From an uncultured Thermococci archaeon (GTDB lineage Archaea; Methanobacteriota_B; Thermococci; Thermococcales; Thermococcaceae): a stretch of DNA of 11,735 nucleotides. The stretch's first letter is position 1; each line of letters starts with the position of its first letter. Location: contig CAZTOS010000051.1 of assembly GCA_964615185.1 (NCBI GenBank), forward strand, positions 4,911 through 16,645. Direction: 5' to 3'. Shown one piece after another: positions 6,990 to 11,735 of the stretch. The notes beneath the pieces were generated by a model, which saw only the letters and a program-made list of their open reading frames with translations, ran no database searches and was not told the origin of the DNA. The translations under genes and the position numbers were made by a program.

Positions 6990-8069
6990 ATGAAGATATG
7001 GATTGACATTGTAAATTCACCTCATGCTCATTTCTTCAAAGGCATAATCAAGGAGCTTGAAAAAAGAGGTCATGAAATTTTGGTTACAACAAGAGAGTTT
7101 GATGGATTAACTGATATTCTCGACATGCTTGGGATCGATTATTATGTTGTTGGGAAACACGGAGGATCAACTTTGGAAGGAAAACTTCTTGCAAGCGCTG
7201 AGAGACAGTACAAGCTGGCAAAGCTTATAATTGAAGAAAAACCAGATCTTTGTGCCCATAAGAATTCCCCGGAAGCCCCAAGAGTTGCCTATGGTTTAGG
7301 GATACCCACTATCGGATTTGCGGATAATGATACATCAATTCCTGTTAACAAGCTCATGCTACCTTTCACAAATAGAGTAATCTACCCAAAAGCTATTGAT
7401 GCCTATGATCTAATTAGATGTGGAGCCGATGCAAATGCTTTGAGACCAATTAATGGATTCCCAGAAATAGCTCATTTATATGGGTTTAAGCCAAACATGG
7501 CTCCCTTAAAAGAGCTTGGGCTTGAAAAATACAATTACATCGTTATGAGAACCGAACCTATAAATGCAAACTACTTCAATGGAGATGCGGAGAAGAGTGT
7601 TCTTGAGAGCATAATTCCCCTCCTTCCCGATCTTCCAATAGTCTTATTCCCAAGAACAGAAGAGCAGGCAAAGAGGTTTGAGCACTTTGAAAATGTCATA
7701 ATTCCAAAACATGTAACCGACAGTTTAAGCCTTCTTTATTATGCAAAGCTCATGATTGGAGCAGGCGGAACTATGAACAGAGAAGCGTTAGCATTGGGCA
7801 CACCAACAATTTCAACATATCCCGGAAAGCTCTTAGCAGTTACAAAATGGCTCATAAGCTTAAGAATCAAATATCACTCAACCAATCCAATTGAAGTTGC
7901 AGACAAAGCGTGGGAAATGATTAGGAAAAACGGTGCATACAGAAACTACATCCGCAGTGTTGTTTCAACTCTTGAGAACCCAGTAGAAATAATGATTGAG
8001 GAAATAGAAACATATGAGGAGCTTGGGACATTTCCTCCACTGCAAAACTCAAAGGCTGTAACCAGCTAA
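6990..8069 (+). CDS. DUF354 family protein (COG1817-like, predicted GT-B-fold glycosyltransferase/epimerase-like)
   Basis: MKIWIDIxNSPHAHFF N-terminus, VGKHGGSTLEGKL, and IGAGGTMNREALALGTPTIS (GT-B nucleotide-sugar-binding segment). Confidence 0.8.
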   Translation: MKIWIDIVNSPHAHFFKGIIKELEKRGHEILVTTREFDGLTDILDMLGIDYYVVGKHGGSTLEGKLLASAERQYKLAKLIIEEKPDLCAHKNSPEAPRVAYGLGIPTIGFADNDTSIPVNKLMLPFTNRVIYPKAIDAYDLIRCGADANALRPINGFPEIAHLYGFKPNMAPLKELGLEKYNYIVMRTEPINANYFNGDAEKSVLESIIPLLPDLPIVLFPRTEEQAKRFEHFENVIIPKHVTDSLSLLYYAKLMIGAGGTMNREALALGTPTISTYPGKLLAVTKWLISLRIKYHSTNPIEVADKAWEMIRKNGAYRNYIRSVVSTLENPVEIMIEEIETYEELGTFPPLQNSKAVTS

Positions 8070-8612
8070 TGAAGGTGTTATGTACGCCTCAATGAATGCC
8101 GCAATTAAAAGCAGGAAAATTGCCACTCCAAGCATTTTCATTGCTGTTTTAAATCCTTTTATAAATCTCTCTCCAACAGTCCCCTCTCCCCTGATGATTT
8201 CCAAATACCACTCTATTCCTCCTAAACCAGCAATTGCAAATGCGGGAATTTCAACAATTCCATGAGGTACAATTGAGAGCAAGATTTTTATCAGATTTTC
8301 GCCTTGGAGATATGAATACTCCACGACAATTCCAACTAAGAAGCCGTTAAAGAAGAGAATCCCCAATGGTACAACACCAAACAACACTCCACCGAAAGTT
8401 GCTAAAATAGCAACTCGTGTATTGTTCAAAAATATTAATTTGAAAAGGCTAAAGTTATCTTGGAGTCCATCAAGTTTGTTGCCAAAAAGTTGTTTTAAAT
8501 TTGAGAACAGATTCTCTGCGAATTGTGGCTTTAAAACTGTGAAAACTATTCCCAATGAAACTCCAATTAAAAATGCCCCGAGGAGAGCTAAGAAAATCTT
8601 GCTCTTATTCAT
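8049..8612 (-). CDS. SpoIIM-family membrane protein (COG1300-like)
   Basis: IFLNN, FFNGFLVG, IVPHGIVEIPA and LLIAAFIEAYITP are SpoIIM/DUF95 signatures; multiple TM helices. Confidence 0.88.
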   Translation of the reverse strand: MNKSKIFLALLGAFLIGVSLGIVFTVLKPQFAENLFSNLKQLFGNKLDGLQDNFSLFKLIFLNNTRVAILATFGGVLFGVVPLGILFFNGFLVGIVVEYSYLQGENLIKILLSIVPHGIVEIPAFAIAGLGGIEWYLEIIRGEGTVGERFIKGFKTAMKMLGVAIFLLLIAAFIEAYITPSLAGYSL

Positions 8613-8889
8613 TTTCTCCCCTCAACGCATTCTTCAGTGCTATTTTAAAATCTTCAACATTTATGTATGGCATTTCAACATCCAATCTCATTGCAAAGAA
8701 CTCATCAATTATATGCTCAAGCTCTTCAAGTTTATGTCCTTTGAGTTCTTCCTCAAGCTCCTCGATGATATTTTCGGGATATATAAAGAAATCTCCTGTA
8801 ATTTTAACATTCTCAGCAATTCCATCCCTTTCCTCAATTTCAAACCTAATCAGTCCTTTCTTTGCTTTATGTTCTCCAATTCTTCTCAT
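8605..8889 (-). CDS. Stand-alone lipoate-protein ligase C-terminal domain (LplB/Lpl-C)
   Basis: KAKKGLIRFEI...VKITGDFFIYPENIIEELEEELKG matches the LplA C-terminal domain pattern (ITGDFF). Start moved from 8946 to ATG at 8889 (GTGAGG RBS), giving 94 aa and leaving room for promoters. Confidence 0.85.
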   Translation of the reverse strand: MRRIGEHKAKKGLIRFEIEERDGIAENVKITGDFFIYPENIIEELEEELKGHKLEELEHIIDEFFAMRLDVEMPYINVEDFKIALKNALRGENE

Positions 8890-8913
8890 TGCCCTCACAT
8901 ATGAATGTAGAGC

Positions 8914-10905
<1,992 letters not shown>

Positions 10906-10910
10906 CAGCA

Positions 10911-11315
10911 CTATTCATTTTTCCTTTCCTTCCAAATTACTGCAATCCCTCCAGCCATCAGTAAAAATGAAATGATATAACTCTTTAAATCAGGATGCTG
11001 TCTTAATTCAGCGTATACTACACATTCTTTGCTACTTTCTACTTCAATCAAGTGCTCACCTTTAAAGCGAGAAGAATAAGTTGTGAATTCCCCAATATCT
11101 TTTCCATCAATTTTAAGCCGAAAAGGTTTGTCTGAAGTTAATTTTAATGAAACATCTCCATCCAAATAAAGGGCATCTGTAAACTGGTTGCTTTTATTCA
11201 GTACCATCTGCTCATGTGGGCCATACCCACCTACAAGCGCTGGATATATGACGAGAAGGAACGTCAAATACAAAATACCACATAACGAAAGTGAGACACC
11301 AAGAAGCTTTTTCAT
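10911..11315 (-). CDS. Hypothetical membrane protein with N- and C-terminal TM helices flanking a small beta-rich domain
   Basis: 134 aa, RBS AGGTGGG, TATA-like TTATATAC at 11354-11347; hydrophobic residues ~5-29 and ~113-128, basic tail WKERKNE. Confidence 0.75.
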   Translation of the reverse strand: MKKLLGVSLSLCGILYLTFLLVIYPALVGGYGPHEQMVLNKSNQFTDALYLDGDVSLKLTSDKPFRLKIDGKDIGEFTTYSSRFKGEHLIEVESSKECVVYAELRQHPDLKSYIISFLLMAGGIAVIWKERKNE

Positions 11316-11432
11316 GCTCCCACCTAATTGAGTTATAATTATTCATGTATATAATTTTTACTCAAAAGTCCAGTATTTTAAAATTTGGAAAATCCTAAAT
11401 AGTCCAAGAGCCAAGGGGATATGGTGGACTTT

Positions 11433-11735
11433 ATGAAAGGTGTAGTGGTTCCATTGGTTACTCCATTTAATGAAGACTATTCGCTGGACTTTCAGGCTTT
11501 AGAGGAGCATATAAGCTACCTCCAAAGGGTTGGAGTTCATGGAATTTTTGTAAACGCAACTACAGGGGAATTCACAAGCCTTACCAAAGAAGAAAGAAAG
11601 CTCATAGCTGAAAAAGGACGCGAGTTTGTAAATGCTTCATTCTATCTTGTAGGAACAGCTTCAACAGATACTTTTGAAGTTATAGAACTCACAAAACACG
11701 CTGAAGATATTGGTGCAGATTACGTGGTGATAACC
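11433..11735 (+). CDS. Dihydrodipicolinate synthase / N-acetylneuraminate lyase family aldolase, 5' part
   Basis: Not in the ORF track; translated by hand: MKGVVVPLVTPFNEDYSLDFQALEEHISYLQRVGVHGIFVNATTGEFTSLTKEERK...AEDIGADYVVIT, open to the window edge. GGTGG RBS at 11423-11427; alternative in-frame ATG at 11421. Confidence 0.92.
   Translation, partial: MKGVVVPLVTPFNEDYSLDFQALEEHISYLQRVGVHGIFVNATTGEFTSLTKEERKLIAEKGREFVNASFYLVGTASTDTFEVIELTKHAEDIGADYVVIT

Noticed and set aside
8049..8612. Sporulation function implied by the SpoIIM family name
   Set aside because: The family is widespread in non-sporulating archaea and bacteria.

Overview
AT-rich archaeal DNA with the gene content, GGTGG/GGAGG ribosome-binding sites and BRE/TATA promoters typical of Thermococcales; it looks like core genome, with no mobile elements, CRISPR arrays, tRNA or rRNA genes. 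From left to right: the first five genes of an Mrp-type membrane complex on the minus strand, most likely the membrane-bound sulfane reductase MBS/Mbx (mbxA-D plus a fused MnhB-type subunit cut by the window edge); its promoter with a perfect double SurR box; an HTH-ACT protein; an uncharacterised radical SAM-TRAM enzyme; wecC-wecB divergent from a DUF354 GT-B-like protein; a SpoIIM-family membrane protein coupled to a stand-alone lipoate-ligase C-terminal domain; argS; a small two-TM membrane protein; and the start of a DapA-family aldolase. The most interesting observations are a 14-bp-phased array of SurR half-sites running from the strong site through the TATA box of the mbx promoter, the radical SAM-TRAM protein with only three cysteines, a candidate operator/second promoter next to the HTH-ACT gene, and the DUF354/wecBC pairing. 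All functional calls come from motif recognition and recall; no database searches were run.
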